Positions 1-12,230 of a stretch of DNA of 64,000 bases are shown piece by piece. Position 1 is the stretch's first letter. Each line of letters begins with the position of its first letter. Both the position numbers and the translations under genes were made by a program. The stretch comes from Cyanophora paradoxa CCMP329 (Eukaryota; Plantae; Glaucophyta): positions 186,001 to 250,000 of the forward strand of contig QPMI01000435.1 of NCBI GenBank assembly GCA_004431415.1. Reading direction: 5' to 3'. The notes below the pieces were generated by a model. The model did not search any database, was not told the origin of the DNA, and saw only the letters and a program-made list of their open reading frames with translations.

Positions 1-19
1 CGACCCGCCTCCGGCGCAG

Positions 20-429
20 GCGCGGCGGCTGGACCTGCTGATGAACCTCGGCCTCAAGTACCAGCAGGCCCTCGAGGCCTCCAAGGGCCCGCCCCGCCCG
101 CCCCCCGCCCGCCCGCCCCCGCCCCGCACGCTGGGATCGAGGGCGGCGGGGCGGGGCGGGCGGCAGGGGAGTTCTGGGCGTGGAACAAGTGCCTGGACGT
201 GGCGGGGGCCCTGGGGCGCGCCCACACCGAGCTCGTCGTCCTCCAGGCGAGCTCGCGGGCGGACCGCCGGCCCCGCCCGCCCCCGTCTGACCCGTCTCTC
301 TCGCCCGCGCGCAGCGGTTCGACGAGGCGCTGGCGGCGGGGGGGCTGGACGGCGCCCTGCGCGCCCCGCTCGCCCTCGCCCGCTCCCTCTACGCCCTCAC
401 CCGCATCGACGGTGCCCTCCCCTCCCCGC

Positions 430-467
<38 letters not shown>

Positions 468-887
468 TCGCCTCGACGTCGAGGCGTGCGGCGCAGAGGA
501 GGCGACGTTCCTGCGGCACCAGTACGTGGACCGGAAGACGGCGGAGGAGGTGCACGCCGCGCAGCTCGCCCTCTGCGCCGACGCCGCCGCCGTCCGTCTT
601 CCCCGGCCCCCCTGCCCCCGCGCCCCCGGCTCTGTTTGTCGCGCCCCGCCCGACGCGGCCGGGGCGGCAGATCGCGCGCCCGCTGGTCGACGCGTTCGGC
701 ATCCCCGACTTCATGCTCGGTGCCGGCCGCCGCCCGCCGCCCGCCCGCCCGCCCCGCCATTGGGCGCGGCCGACGCGGCGGGGGGCCGGCGCGCGCAGGG
801 GCGATCGCGCACGACTGGGTGGCCCACAACAGCTGGGACGCCGTCCCCCCGCACCTCCGCCAGGAGGGGCCCCGCCCCGCCCGCTGA
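20..887 (+). CDS. ACX: Peroxisomal acyl-CoA oxidase, plant ACX3-like, C-terminal exons (5' end outside window)
   Basis: Spliced translation ...AWNKCLDVAGALGRAHTELVVLQ/RFDEAL...FLRHQYV...IARPLVDAFGIPDFMLG/AIAHDWVAHNSW resembles the ACX3-type C-terminus (LVxxFGIPDxFLxPIAxxWVxxNxW). Stop TGA at 885-887. Confidence 0.85.
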
Positions 888-1444
888 GCCCCGCCCCGCC
901 GTCGCGACCCGGACCTACTGAGCGTAGGCATGTACCCCCGCGCACATGTACATGCTGCTGCTTCCCCTGCAGTCGCGTTGTGTGGAGCACAGTCCAAAAA
1001 GCGCTGCAGCGCTAGCGGGTGAGGATCGGGGCCGATCGCGATCGTGCACATGTCATGATGATGTTCGGCAAGCACTTCCAAATTAATGCAAGCACGCGTC
1101 AAATCGACGGTAGTCAATACAGGAACGATAACTAGGCACACTTGTACTAGCTCGAAAAGCGAAAGCCTATGCCGCCCTAAACATGAATTCCCTCTTCAGA
1201 AAAAAAACTCGGTTGAAGCTAAGATTGAATTGAATAAAGCTTACGCAAACCATGCACCTTTCAGATTTATCGCGAAGAGACTACACTAATGCGAGACCTG
1301 TGGGCTAAACTCGGGAGCCCTTGCCAAGTTGATCTCAAGGCCGTCGCCTTTATTGACATTGGTTGCAGACAGGACCGGAACTGAAATCTATCTTTTAACG
1401 CGCCTAGGGCCTGCAACCGCACGTGCTGCGGCTCCGACGGCCGC

Positions 1445-4400
1445 CTACAGGTCGACGAAGCCGACGCGGTTGGGGTTGGGGGCCGCGTTGACGGTCCGGC
1501 GGCCGTACTTGCAGTAGAGGCAGAGGCCGATGGCGAGGGCGGTGCCGAAGCCGGCCGCCAGGCCGAGGCTCACACCGAGGATGGCCCCCAGGTTGCCCTC
1601 CCCCGAGTTGGACGACGAGGAAGTGGACGAGGCGCCCGTGCTGGCGCCGGAGCTGCTCGAGCCGGCGCCGGTGCTGGCGCTCGTCGTCTGCCACTGGAAG
1701 GCCTGCGGTGCGAGAGCCGTTGAGACAGAGAACGGCCAGGCAGAGAATATAACTCTTTAAGGTCGGAACGGGTCGGACCTCAGCGATGGTGACGGGCGTG
1801 AAGGCGTTCGTGGGGCTCGAGATGGTGAGGTCGTAGTTCTTGCCCGCCGTGAGCTGCAGCAGCTTGCGGGCCGCGCAGGTGGCGCTCGCCGGGGCCGGCG
1901 CCACGAAGGTGATGAGCGTGGCAGACACGATCTTGGCGTCGGTGCCCTTGGCCGTGCACTTGCCGTCCGTGATCGTGATGTCGATGACGCCGGCCTTGCC
2001 GATCTCGCCGAGCTTGTCGAAGTTGGAGCCCACGAGCGAGACGACGTTGCCGCCGCTCTGCGGGAGGGAGGAGCCGAGCTCAACGCGCGCGCGCGGCACC
2101 GACGGACGAGAGCCTCGAAGCTCGAGGCGCAATCCCGCACCTGGCCGGCGGCGAGGGGGTTCACGCCAGCGGGGAGCGCGTACTTCCCGTCGGACCGCTT
2201 CGTCGCGCTCGCGCCGCCGAACTTCACATCGACCGTCGCGCTCGACACGTTCGCGTCTGCGCCGGAAGCCACGGTCAGCGTTGGAGCTCCTGCTTTGGCG
2301 GAGACAAAGCTCATGGCGCACTGCTGCCTGTGGCGGAGCCGCTCGAGGCCGGTGTCGGGGTGGGGCCGGTGCTGGTGCCGGGGGTGGTGGTGCCGGTGTT
2401 GTTCGTCGTGCCTCCGGTTCCCGGGGTGGTCGTGCCCGGCGTGCCGGCGCCGGTGTTGGAGCTCGGCGGGGTCGGCGCCGGCGTGGGCGCGGCGGTCTCG
2501 CCGTTGAAGCCGCCGGTGACGACGACCGAGTAGAGGAGCGGGATGGTGTTGCCCGAGGGCGCGTTCCAGGAGGTCAGCTTGACGTATACGGTGTACTTTG
2601 CGTTGGCGGTGGGGGTCGCGATCTCGACGTGCTCGACGTTGTTCAGCGCATCCGGCTCGGTCTTGCTGTTCGGGTAGGTCTTCTTGCCGGTGGCGTCCTC
2701 GACCCACATGTCGACGTTGATCACCGGCGCGGTGGCGGCGTTGACGGTGGCCGGGTAGTCCGAGTAGGCCATGGTGACGAGGATGGGCTTGGTGGCGTCG
2801 GTGACCGTCATGACGTACGTGCTGGTGGTCGTGCCGACGTCGGCGAGGGTCACGTTCTTCTCGAAGTGGTGGAAGCTGCCGCGGGAGAAGGCCACCGAGG
2901 GCTGCTTCAGGACGCGGTCGAGCTGCGGCCGCCCGTAGCCCTGCCACTTGTTCGGGAGGGGGGCGGCCGAGGCGAGGGCCGAGGTCGTCTTGGCAGTCTT
3001 CGCCGCGCTCCCCGTGAGGCCGCGGGCCGAGTTGATGAGGGTCGCCTAATTACAAGAGGGCGCTTGGTTAGAACTCAAAACTGATGACTTCGATTGTCAC
3101 AGTGTAACCGACTCGGGACGGACCTTGACGAGGGAGCCGGAGGGGTTGAAGCCGGAGGCGGTCTGCTTGGTGCCGTCGACGTGGCGGCCCTCGCGGTAGT
3201 ACTGGCGGATCAGCGTCGCCATGCCCGCGGCAACCGGCGTCGCCATCGACGAGCCTGCACGACGCGCATGTGCATGATTCAAATATGCGAATTTGATACC
3301 AGAAGGTAGGAAAGAAAGGGCACCTTGCTCGACCTTGAGAGCGGGCTTGCCGGGGCCATAACGGCTGACTGCGCAATACCGGTAGCGTCAACGGTACGTC
3401 CATGCACGATACGTCCATGGAATCGAAGGGAAATGTCAGCTGCGACGAACCGGGAGAGCACTGGAAGGTGTCGGCGCCGTCGTCGGCTCCAGCGCTGACG
3501 ATCCAGGCGCCGGGCGTGAGAATGTCCGGCCTGATCGTGGGCGATGAAAATGAGACAAGTAAGTAGAAGCAATGGAAGACATGAAATCAATCACAAGCTA
3601 CACACTTGATGCGGTTATCGAAGGCGGGCCCGATGCTCGTGAAGCTCGCGACCTCTTCCTGCATCAGACGTGCTCAGGATACAGCAGTTGCGTAATCGAT
3701 ATCATGATATAACAACGGCAATCCAGCGAACCTCAATTTTCGGCCGGTTCAGCTGCTCGTTTGCGGCTCCTCCCGTATTGTAGAAATTGGGGCAGCACAA
3801 CGTATCCGGCATGGAACTGAGCCCGGCGTTGAATCTGTCCTTAGCGACGGTGCACATCGCCACCGGATAGCCGTTGTAAGTGCTCGACTGATCGTGCACT
3901 GGATCAGCCGCCCAACTCAGCGCGGTCCGGATGGACGGATCGATGGACTCGTCCAGCAAGTTGACGCCATTGAGCTCGGTAACCGGCTTGAATCTCTGAG
4001 TGGTTTCATCGAACCACGTGCAAGTGCAAGGATCGGTGAATGTGTTCGGGTATTCTGAGAAGGCTTCAGAGAATCGCTCGACATCAGCATCGGCCTGCGC
4101 ATAGACAGCACGGCACCTCCAGTTGAGTTCCGGCACGTCGCCCAGTAGGGCTTCTGGCCCTTAGCCTCGTTGTCCAGGCCGAAGAAGGTGGACTTCCAGA
4201 AAGATCTCTGCGTGTTCCTGGGCGACGAATTAAATATATAAGATCTGGCGATAATTGGGGAAAGCAAGACGGAGTCATGCGCGCGCACTGCGAGGCGCCA
4301 ACCGCGAGGACGTTCTTGGCAACCGACGGCGTCAGCAGCGTCTTTTCCATGCCAGCGGTTGGCCCTGCGCAGAGCAATGCTCACGCGGAATGGGGGGAGA

Positions 4401-7116
4401 AGGAAAGCCCACTGATTCGAAGCGATCGAACCATCGTCACTGTTGCCGACGGAGACGACGACGAGCAGGTCCTTCTTCTCGAACATCTCCTTGTCGAACC
4501 CGACGGCCCACTTGTCGTAGTAGTTGCAGTTGGGGATCGCGGCACTGGGACTGCAGCCCCACTTCGAGAGCGAACGTCGACCGCGACTCATAATTAGGAT
4601 TTGAATGCATACGGCGCAATAGCTAGCAAAGTTGCCATGTAGAACATACCGAGTTTGAGTGGATCTGTTTGAATGAATTCGATAATTCGAACGCGCGCAC
4701 GTCAGCGAGCCGCTCGATTCTTGTGAGCGAAAACAACGAGCATTAAGAGAAGTCGCACCCGCACGCCAGCTCCGTAGGACGCCGTGATGAGCACATCCGA
4801 GCTCGTTTGCAACGGATCATCCTGGACGCGTTACAGCGCCTCAGCGAAATGAATTTGAAAGCAGTAGCACGTGCGCACGGCGGTGGACTGCTTCGTGTCG
4901 AAGGCCTGGATGTTCTGGAAGAAGAGCTTCGCTCCCGGCGCGATGCCGCGGTGCTTGTTCTACGTCCGAAAGTCGATCAGCACCTTTCTATGTGGTAGAA
5001 TGGTGTAGCTGCGCTTGCACCATTTGGGTCTTGACGTCAGTGGCAACATCCGGGAAACCATCAGAGACCGACCCAACAATGATTCCTGCCACCTACAAGG
5101 CAGATTTCGCATTAGTATTAGCTATAGACAACAGCCCGCATAAAGCATGCGATTGCGAGTTTGACAGATCATGAGCTTACATGTGTGCCGTGGAAGGTGT
5201 TGTTGCGGTAGTTCTTGTTGGTGACAGCGAAAGAGCCGCCGATGTTGATCTGGAATCGTGCAAGCATTCGCAAACAGAATTGCGAACAGTTGCAATGAGA
5301 TTCAAGCTGCCGCACGTTCGCGATCAGTTTGCGTTTGTTCATGTTCGGCGTGACGGTGTCGCCGCGGAGGTAGTTCACGGGCGCCGTGATCTGCTTGTCG
5401 TCGTCGACGAAGAAGCAGTGATCTGAAAGAATTTCGAATTCATTCCGAATTCAATTCATCATAGCGCCGCGCGCGCTCCGGCCCCTACACGAACCAGGAT
5501 CAATGGCAGAATCTGTAGTGCACGTTCTCGTTGGTTTGAATCGGTAACTTATCTAAACAGGTAAAACCCTCACCGGCAACGCCGACGACCTCGCCCTCCC
5601 CCGTCAGACCTTCAGGAGAAGCGTCAAATAATCGTTACATCGAAGGGAGCGAGAAGGAGACACTGCCTTGACCGATGCGTACCGACGGTCTCAGTGAACA
5701 CAGCGGGTTTCGTGTCGTCGCCGGTCTGGACGAGGCGAGAAGCGTGGAAGGTGTGGGCCTCCATTTTCGAGGTGCGCGTGATGTGGAACACCTCCGGCTG
5801 TTATCGCGAGCGCCGGATGGGTCAATGTAATGATTAATTGTAATGCTTATGCCGGTCGCTACAGGTTTGAATGGAATGTCATCAAAATCAATTGTTCACC
5901 GTCTCGGCGATCACGTCGGCGACCTCAACGGGGTGCATGCCGCTGGGAATGCGGACGTTCCAGGAGCCGGCGCGGCCGAAAACCTCGAGATCCTGGACAT
6001 TCAGGCGCGACGCCCAGCGCTCTGTGAAAAGACGAATCGAATCATATTCTCGAAAGTTCAGAAAGCGAAATTAAACGGAAAGCAAATCCGAAGAAGCACC
6101 AGCGGTGCGGCGGACGGAGGCCTCGGTCTGCTCCTCGACGAACTCGACGGCGAGGAAGTCGTGCGCGAAGTGGAGGTCGTCGCGCAGCTTGTGCTCCGGG
6201 TGCATCGCGTCGAGCCACGCAATGTGAGGGCACGCCCTGCCGTCGAGGTAAAATTAGCTGCTATCGATATCACTCGTAATTACAAGCTTAAGTTGCACGT
6301 TCGCAATTGAGGTATCGCTAGCTAGCGTTGGAGTTTGTTTGTACGCTTGGAAACATTAGTTACGCGTGCAAAATTACCTGACGCGCTCGGCGTCGCCAGT
6401 GGTGAGCGCCACAATGTACGTGTTGTGCGGCACGTAATGGCGAAGGGCGTCTGAGCCCGTAGCCAGGCACTCGAGGACGGCATCGCGAACAGCGACCGTG
6501 AGACCCGTGTTCAAGTGCAGCTAAGTTCAGCAAACGCGAGCCAGTTCGAGTCAGCGGCTCGCGACTCGTATACGTAAGCTCAAGCTTTAGGCTTTCGAGC
6601 TTAGTTGCGCGCGCACGGCGCACGAGATAAGCGTGACGCGAGGTGTCAACAGCGCCGCGTCCGATCTTGTTGCTCCCCGCAGCGCCCGCATGGGCGCGAA
6701 GGCGCTGGTGGTGCATCATGCTCTGGTGCTTCTCCGTGTCGATTGTGTGCGCCTGCATGAAGATCTGCACGCGAATGCGATTCAGTGCGAATTCGGCACG
6801 CCCTCGCCGGACAGAATGGATAGCTATAAGTACGCACTTTCCGGCCATGCTGCGCGGCATTCGCGATAGCATCGCGGGGCAGTTTGTGAGCGTGCGCGTC
6901 GTGGTGAGCGTGGCCCGTCGCATGGCGGGACGCCCTGAGGCAGAGCACTCAACATCAGCTATTGCGAGCAGCTGTCTTTGATGCGAGGCCTGAGGACTGC
7001 ATATGGCCGAGGCTGCACAACGCGACGTACCGAGCCCGGGGTGCGAATCCACTCGACGGCACCACGGCCAGAAGAACGATCGTGGCTACCAAGGAGAGTC
7101 TAAGACAGAAGTGCAT
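1445..7116 (-). CDS. Membrane-anchored subtilisin-like serine protease (S8, Kp43/TagC-type), multi-exon
   Basis: Signal peptide MHFCLRLSLVATIVLLAVV. Catalytic motifs GLTGEGEVVGVA/DSAID, HGTHV, IHSNS/WG, VVSVGN, AKNVLAVGA, SFTSIGP..PDILTPG and GSSMATPVAAG, plus QGYGRPQL. Kp43-like C-domain (DALNNVE), T/P/G linker, IPT/TIG-like beta domain, then TM helix GAILGVSLGLAAGFGTALAIGLCLYC. Confidence 0.92.
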
Positions 7117-9854
7117 CGCTTTAGAGCGTGCATGTATATGCACGCCGCCCATCTCGACCGGCTAGCTTCTCAGAGACGAGCTAGCGCGGGATCCCTCCCC
7201 TCGTGCAGAACGAGGCTAACGAGGCTGCTGCGAGCTCGAGACTAGCCTAGTAGGGAGCTGCCCGCAGCTGCAGCCTGCAGATGGGAGCAACGTGCGCGAG
7301 CCTTGAGCGCTCCCGGATCGATTAATGGGGATCGATCGGCGAATTCGAAGCAGACTCTACCCTTAGTACCCCGCGCGAGCGGCCCCGGGGCCGCGCTTGC
7401 GCCGGCCCAGCCGGATTCGATCCGGGCCGCGCGGCCGGGCCCGCGCCCGGGGCCCCCGCCGGGCCGGGGGCCCGGCCCGGCGCCGGCGGGGCCCCGGGCC
7501 CGATTCCGGAGGAGTCGGCCCGGCGGGGGTCCGCCCGGCCCGGGGGCCGGGGCCCGGGGGGACCGGGTTAAACCGTTGAACGTTAGAGTAGGACCGGGCC
7601 GCCGGGGCCGGTCCTACTACTGTAATTCGGGTAATATTTAAGACCGCAAAATAATTAGTAATCCCGGGGTTTCGTCGGTTTAGTAGCCTGAAAATAATTA
7701 AGAGTTGGCCGCGCGGAGCGCTTTAGTAGCGGTCTTTAGAAGGGCGTGGGCGCGGCGCGCGCTTGGGGGTTTAGATCTGTTGGAGCGTCCGGGAGGCGGC
7801 GCGGGAGCCCCCTCGCACTCCAGCTAGCTTCTCCCGCGCTGCAACTACGGCTGCGCTACGTACCCCCCCAGCACCTCAGGTTTAGTATACGATAAAACTT
7901 TCGTAGTCGGGCCTCAAAACTTTGGTACTATAAAGATCCAGTATACTAAATATTTCCCGACTTACAGTAGGCTACTCCAGTCACCGTGGCACACTAGTAC
8001 TGACTCACTGCGTCAGTGAGTACTTCCGGACTAGTGAGTAAAGAGCACGTACCCCCCACTCACTGGTAGTCACTGAGTGAGTTTGACGCAAAATGTCCAC
8101 TGACTGAGTGGACCCGGGGGCTCCACTGAACCCAGCCCTATTCCGGACCAGTTCCAGTCCGGCGGAGTCGAGGTCCGCGGCCCGCGCGCGCGCCGAATTA
8201 AAAAAAGTTATTAAAACTGATCTACTTAAATCAACAATGTCTTTGAATTCTAAACTTGAATATTAATTTAAATGAGTTTTTTAAGATGAAATTAAAAGCT
8301 TGCAATTGAAGATTTAGCTAGTAGTAGCCTAGTATACGTACGTATGATCGATCGAACGTTCGTGGAATTATACGTATATATACTTGTAGGGAAATCCATT
8401 ACAATTAATGTATTCGTGATCAAATAAAACAAATCAATTTGAATACAATTTTAATGTATATGTATTTGTGCCCGGTCGTTACCAATCACCCACCGGATTC
8501 AGCAAAGCGTGCGCGTGCTTCCAACGAGTTTTCCTATTCGTCATTTGCAACGGCTGACGTCAGTTGTAACGGCAGGACCGTTATATAATTACCGCTCAGT
8601 AACCGCCTGGCCGGGGTACAGCCGTCTAAGCATCTTCAGCAGCCCGGCGATCCGGCCATGATCCTGCAGCGGCTAGACCGGGCTAGTACGCCGGCTACTA
8701 GCCTAGTAGACTAGTAGGCTAGCAGCTAGCTGCATGATTGCAGCCTGCATCAGCCCAGCCTGGCCGTACCGTATACGTACGATCCGATGATCATCGGATC
8801 AACGGCCCGTCCGACGGTCGCCCGGCAATGGGCCGGCAATGGCCCGGCAATATTAATGGGCCGGCATGCCATGATGCGCAGGCAGCGCAGCCGGCCGGCG
8901 GCCCAGCCGCTGAGCGCCGCGCCCAGCCGCGCCGGCGGCCGCCCGCGCCGCCCCGGTCCGGCCCCGCGGCCGCGCGCGGGCGCCGGCCGCCGGCGCGAAA
9001 TGAAAGCGCCCGACGATCGACCGGCGGACGCGTACGTATACGCGCGCGCGGCGCGCTAGCGCTGCGGCGACTCCCGCAAGTCCCGCCCCCAGGCTCACAG
9101 GCTCAGCTGCCGCCGGCCCGGCGCGCCGGCGCCGGCCGGGCCGAGGCTCTGACTCTCTCATCGACTCTCGCGCGCGTTTCGAAATCGAGATTGCCGCGCG
9201 GCCGCAAGTCGCGCGCGCAGCGGCCGCGGCTCATGCATATATCATGATCACGCTCCCGCCGGCGCTGTGCTAATATCGATTCCCTTCCGAAGTTCCCTTC
9301 ATTTTTCAGCCGCTGATCATGAGCAGGGAGAGCATCGTCCGGGAGAACGTTAAAGAACCGGTGACTCAGTGACTGTGGATCACCGCCGCATTCATCGGAG
9401 TTCCAAGATTCGAAGGTCCTTCTTACTTATATTCAATTCGCCTCTTTTCGCATCGCGGGCCTCGCGGCCCCGGGCCCGCTGCGCATGCGCATGCCTCTCG
9501 AGATCGAATTCGAAGCCCCCCGGCCCCCCCCCTCCCCCCCCTCCCCCCCCCCCCCCCAGCTGGCAGGGGGCCGCTGCAAGCCGCGTATACGTAACTTTTC
9601 ATTTTGCAGGAACTTAGTAATTACAATGCTATAATTACAACTTAGTAATGCTCCCGATCCCCGCGATGATCGCGAGTTCGAATTCTGATCCGGCCGCAGG
9701 GATCCTTGTAATTGATTTCCCAGCTATATATTTTGAATTTGTTGGCGTGTATGTATGCGTATTCGTCGTGATTCGCGTACCGGATCACAGCTGCGTATAC
9801 GCGTACCGCTGCGGGTGCAGGCGGGGGCTCAGCGGCTGCCGGGCTGGCGGGGCC

Positions 9855-12230
9855 CTAGCTCTGCTCGCCGCCGGCGGGGCGGTAGCTGAGGTCTCGGGCC
9901 ACGTAGAAGAGCAGGTACCTGCCCCCGGCGCCTCGACGTCGGCCGGCGGGCTCGCGGGGCCCAGGGGGCGGGGCGGGGGTCGGGAGGGTGGCCATGGCGG
10001 CCGGCACGCACGCGCGGGAGGACCGGACGTCGCTGGCTTCGACGGCGGAGACGCAGGCGTCGTCGAAGGCGAACCAGCGCCCCGCCGCCCGCGCCTTGCA
10101 GATGTAGTGCCCTGCCCGCCCCGCCCCCGCCCCGCGCCCCGCGCGTGAGCCGCAAGCTAAGGAGGCCCAGCGCTAGGACGCTCCCGCGCACCGTTGTCGA
10201 TCGAGCCGAAGTGGATGACCGACGAGTGCAGGTCGTACAGCGCCACCTGAGCGCGATCTGAGCTCGGGGGGGAGGAAGAGTCGGAGGGGGTACGGACCTC
10301 GTCGGGGTCGAGGGGCTCCTCGCCGTCGAGCGGGGGCGAGAGGTAGGGCCGCATGTCCAGCGAGTCCAGCGGGAAGCGCACGAAGGCGTCGATCTTCGAC
10401 GAGGCCGCCCGCCCCGCCCCGCCCGCCCCCGCCGGCCCCACCGAGTGCTCGAAGCGCTGCCGCCGAGAGGCGCGTGAGAACGAAGTTGGAGAAGGGAGGG
10501 GGTACAGACCTTGAGGTGGAAACAGAGGACGGGGGGCAGGCGCCGGACGGAGAGGCGCTTCGTGCACTCCTGCGGCCCGGAGGCGAAGAGAGGCGATGAG
10601 AGGGGCGGCCGGAGGCGGCGGCGGCGAGGAGGGGGGGGCGGGTGGCGCACGCGGACTTGGCGGCAGCGGGCGCAGGTGACGGCGTCGCGGGCGGAGAGGC
10701 GCTCGGGGCGCGTGTAGCGGCGCAGGCAGTCGTGCAGCGACTCGGCGATCGCCTCCCCGGGGGCCCCGCCCTGGCCCTCCGGGGCGAGCCGCAGGTCCAG
10801 CGAGACGTCGAGGAAGGGCTCGTAGCTCGCCGAGACGTGCCCGCACGCCGCGCAGCGCAGGTCCGACCGCAGCGTCCCCGCGAAGGCGCGGTGCGCGAGG
10901 CAGCGGCAGGGGGCCCCCGGAGGCCCCGCCGGGCCCGCCGCGCCGTGCAGGGCGTCCAGCGCAGCCATGAGGAACTCGTGCGCGTCCTGCCGGCCGGGGC
11001 GGCTCAGATGGCGCCCGGCGCGGGGCGGGGGCGGGGGCGCCTGCTGGTCGGCGGCCGCAAGGTGCTGGGCGTGCATCCAGAGGGCCGTGAGGAGGGAGTC
11101 CGGGCTGTAGGGCGCCCGCTCCCCCGAGAAGGCCTCCGAGACCAGCCGGTCCAACTCGCACGCCAGGCACGGCTTCGGCCGCCCCCCGCCCACCCCCACC
11201 GCCCCCTGCCCGCCCTCCCCGGCCCCGGCCCCCGCCTCGGCCTCGGCGGCCGCCTGCTGGCTAGCCGTGCAGAAGCGCCGGGGGTGCTGGTCCTGCCCGC
11301 CCGCCTCAGGGGGAGATGAGGGGAGGCGAGATGAGGGGAGGCGCGCACGGAGAGGAAGTAGCTCCGGACGAGCGGGTTGTGCACCAGGCTCTGCGCCCCG
11401 CGTCGGACGGGGCGGGCAGGGCGGGCCGGATCGCCCCGCCCCGCCCCGGCACGCGCGCACCTGCGCCACGGCCGACACGAAGCACGTGTTCCCGAGGTTG
11501 TTCAGCCCGCGCAGTCCTGCACGGGGCGTCGCGCGCGGCCGGTAGCGGCGGCTACGGGTCGCGCGGGGCCGCGCACCGAGCAGCGGGTCCGAGGTCTCGC
11601 CGCGCGAGCCGCGCTTGAGCAGCTCGAGCTCCGCGGCGGTCGGAGCCGGCTCCGCCTCCGGCACTGCGTGAGCATACACTCGGCGGTCAGGCCACGCGCG
11701 CCCAGCGCGTCCGGGCCCGGGGCGCTCGCGCGCGCGGCCCCTCGCGCACCACGGCGGCGCTTGCTCTGCGCCCCGTCGCCCGCCCCGCGCCACGGCTTGT
11801 CGAGGTAGGAGTAGTCGCTGCACTCGGTGCAGAGGATGCAGCCGCGCGCGATCTCGTAGACTGCGCCGCGAGAATCGGGCGAGTCAGAGGGGAGCCGACG
11901 GCCGCGGCGCAGCTCGGGGCGCGGGCGCGGGCGCTTACGGAGCTTGTGGTCGCTCTTCTGCGCGTGCTCGCGCACGTGGTCCCGGCAGGCGATATATACG
12001 CAGTCGAGGCACGCGTGAAGCCCGCGCGCAGCCTCCCCGCACTCGAAGCACTCTGCCGGCGGCGGGCCCGGGGCATCCGCGGGTGCTTCGTGCCGGTCTA
12101 GCGCGCCTTCTGCGATGTATGGGAGCCTGCGCAGGGCCGCCAGCGTGCTCGCGCTCCGCTCGCCCGCGTCGAGCCAGCTAGCCACATGGTCGCACGCTGC
12201 CCTGGCGGCTGACTGGCAGCTGCAAGGCAT
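9855..12230 (-). CDS. USP22: Ubiquitin carboxyl-terminal hydrolase 22 / Ubp8 (SAGA DUB module)
   Basis: ZnF-UBP (CFEC...CLDCVYIACRDHVREHAQKSDH), Cys box GLRGLNNLGNTCF, CLACEL, QQDAHEF, EPFLDVSLDL, HLKRFEH, His box HFGSIDNGHY, WFAFDD and YLLFY. Confidence 0.93.

Noticed and set aside
431-466. Long poly-C runs (also ~9520-9558, 20346-20377, 53791-53810, 53988-54014)
   Set aside because: Low-complexity homopolymers of unreliable length. The run at 431 seems to obscure an ACX splice junction; no function inferred.
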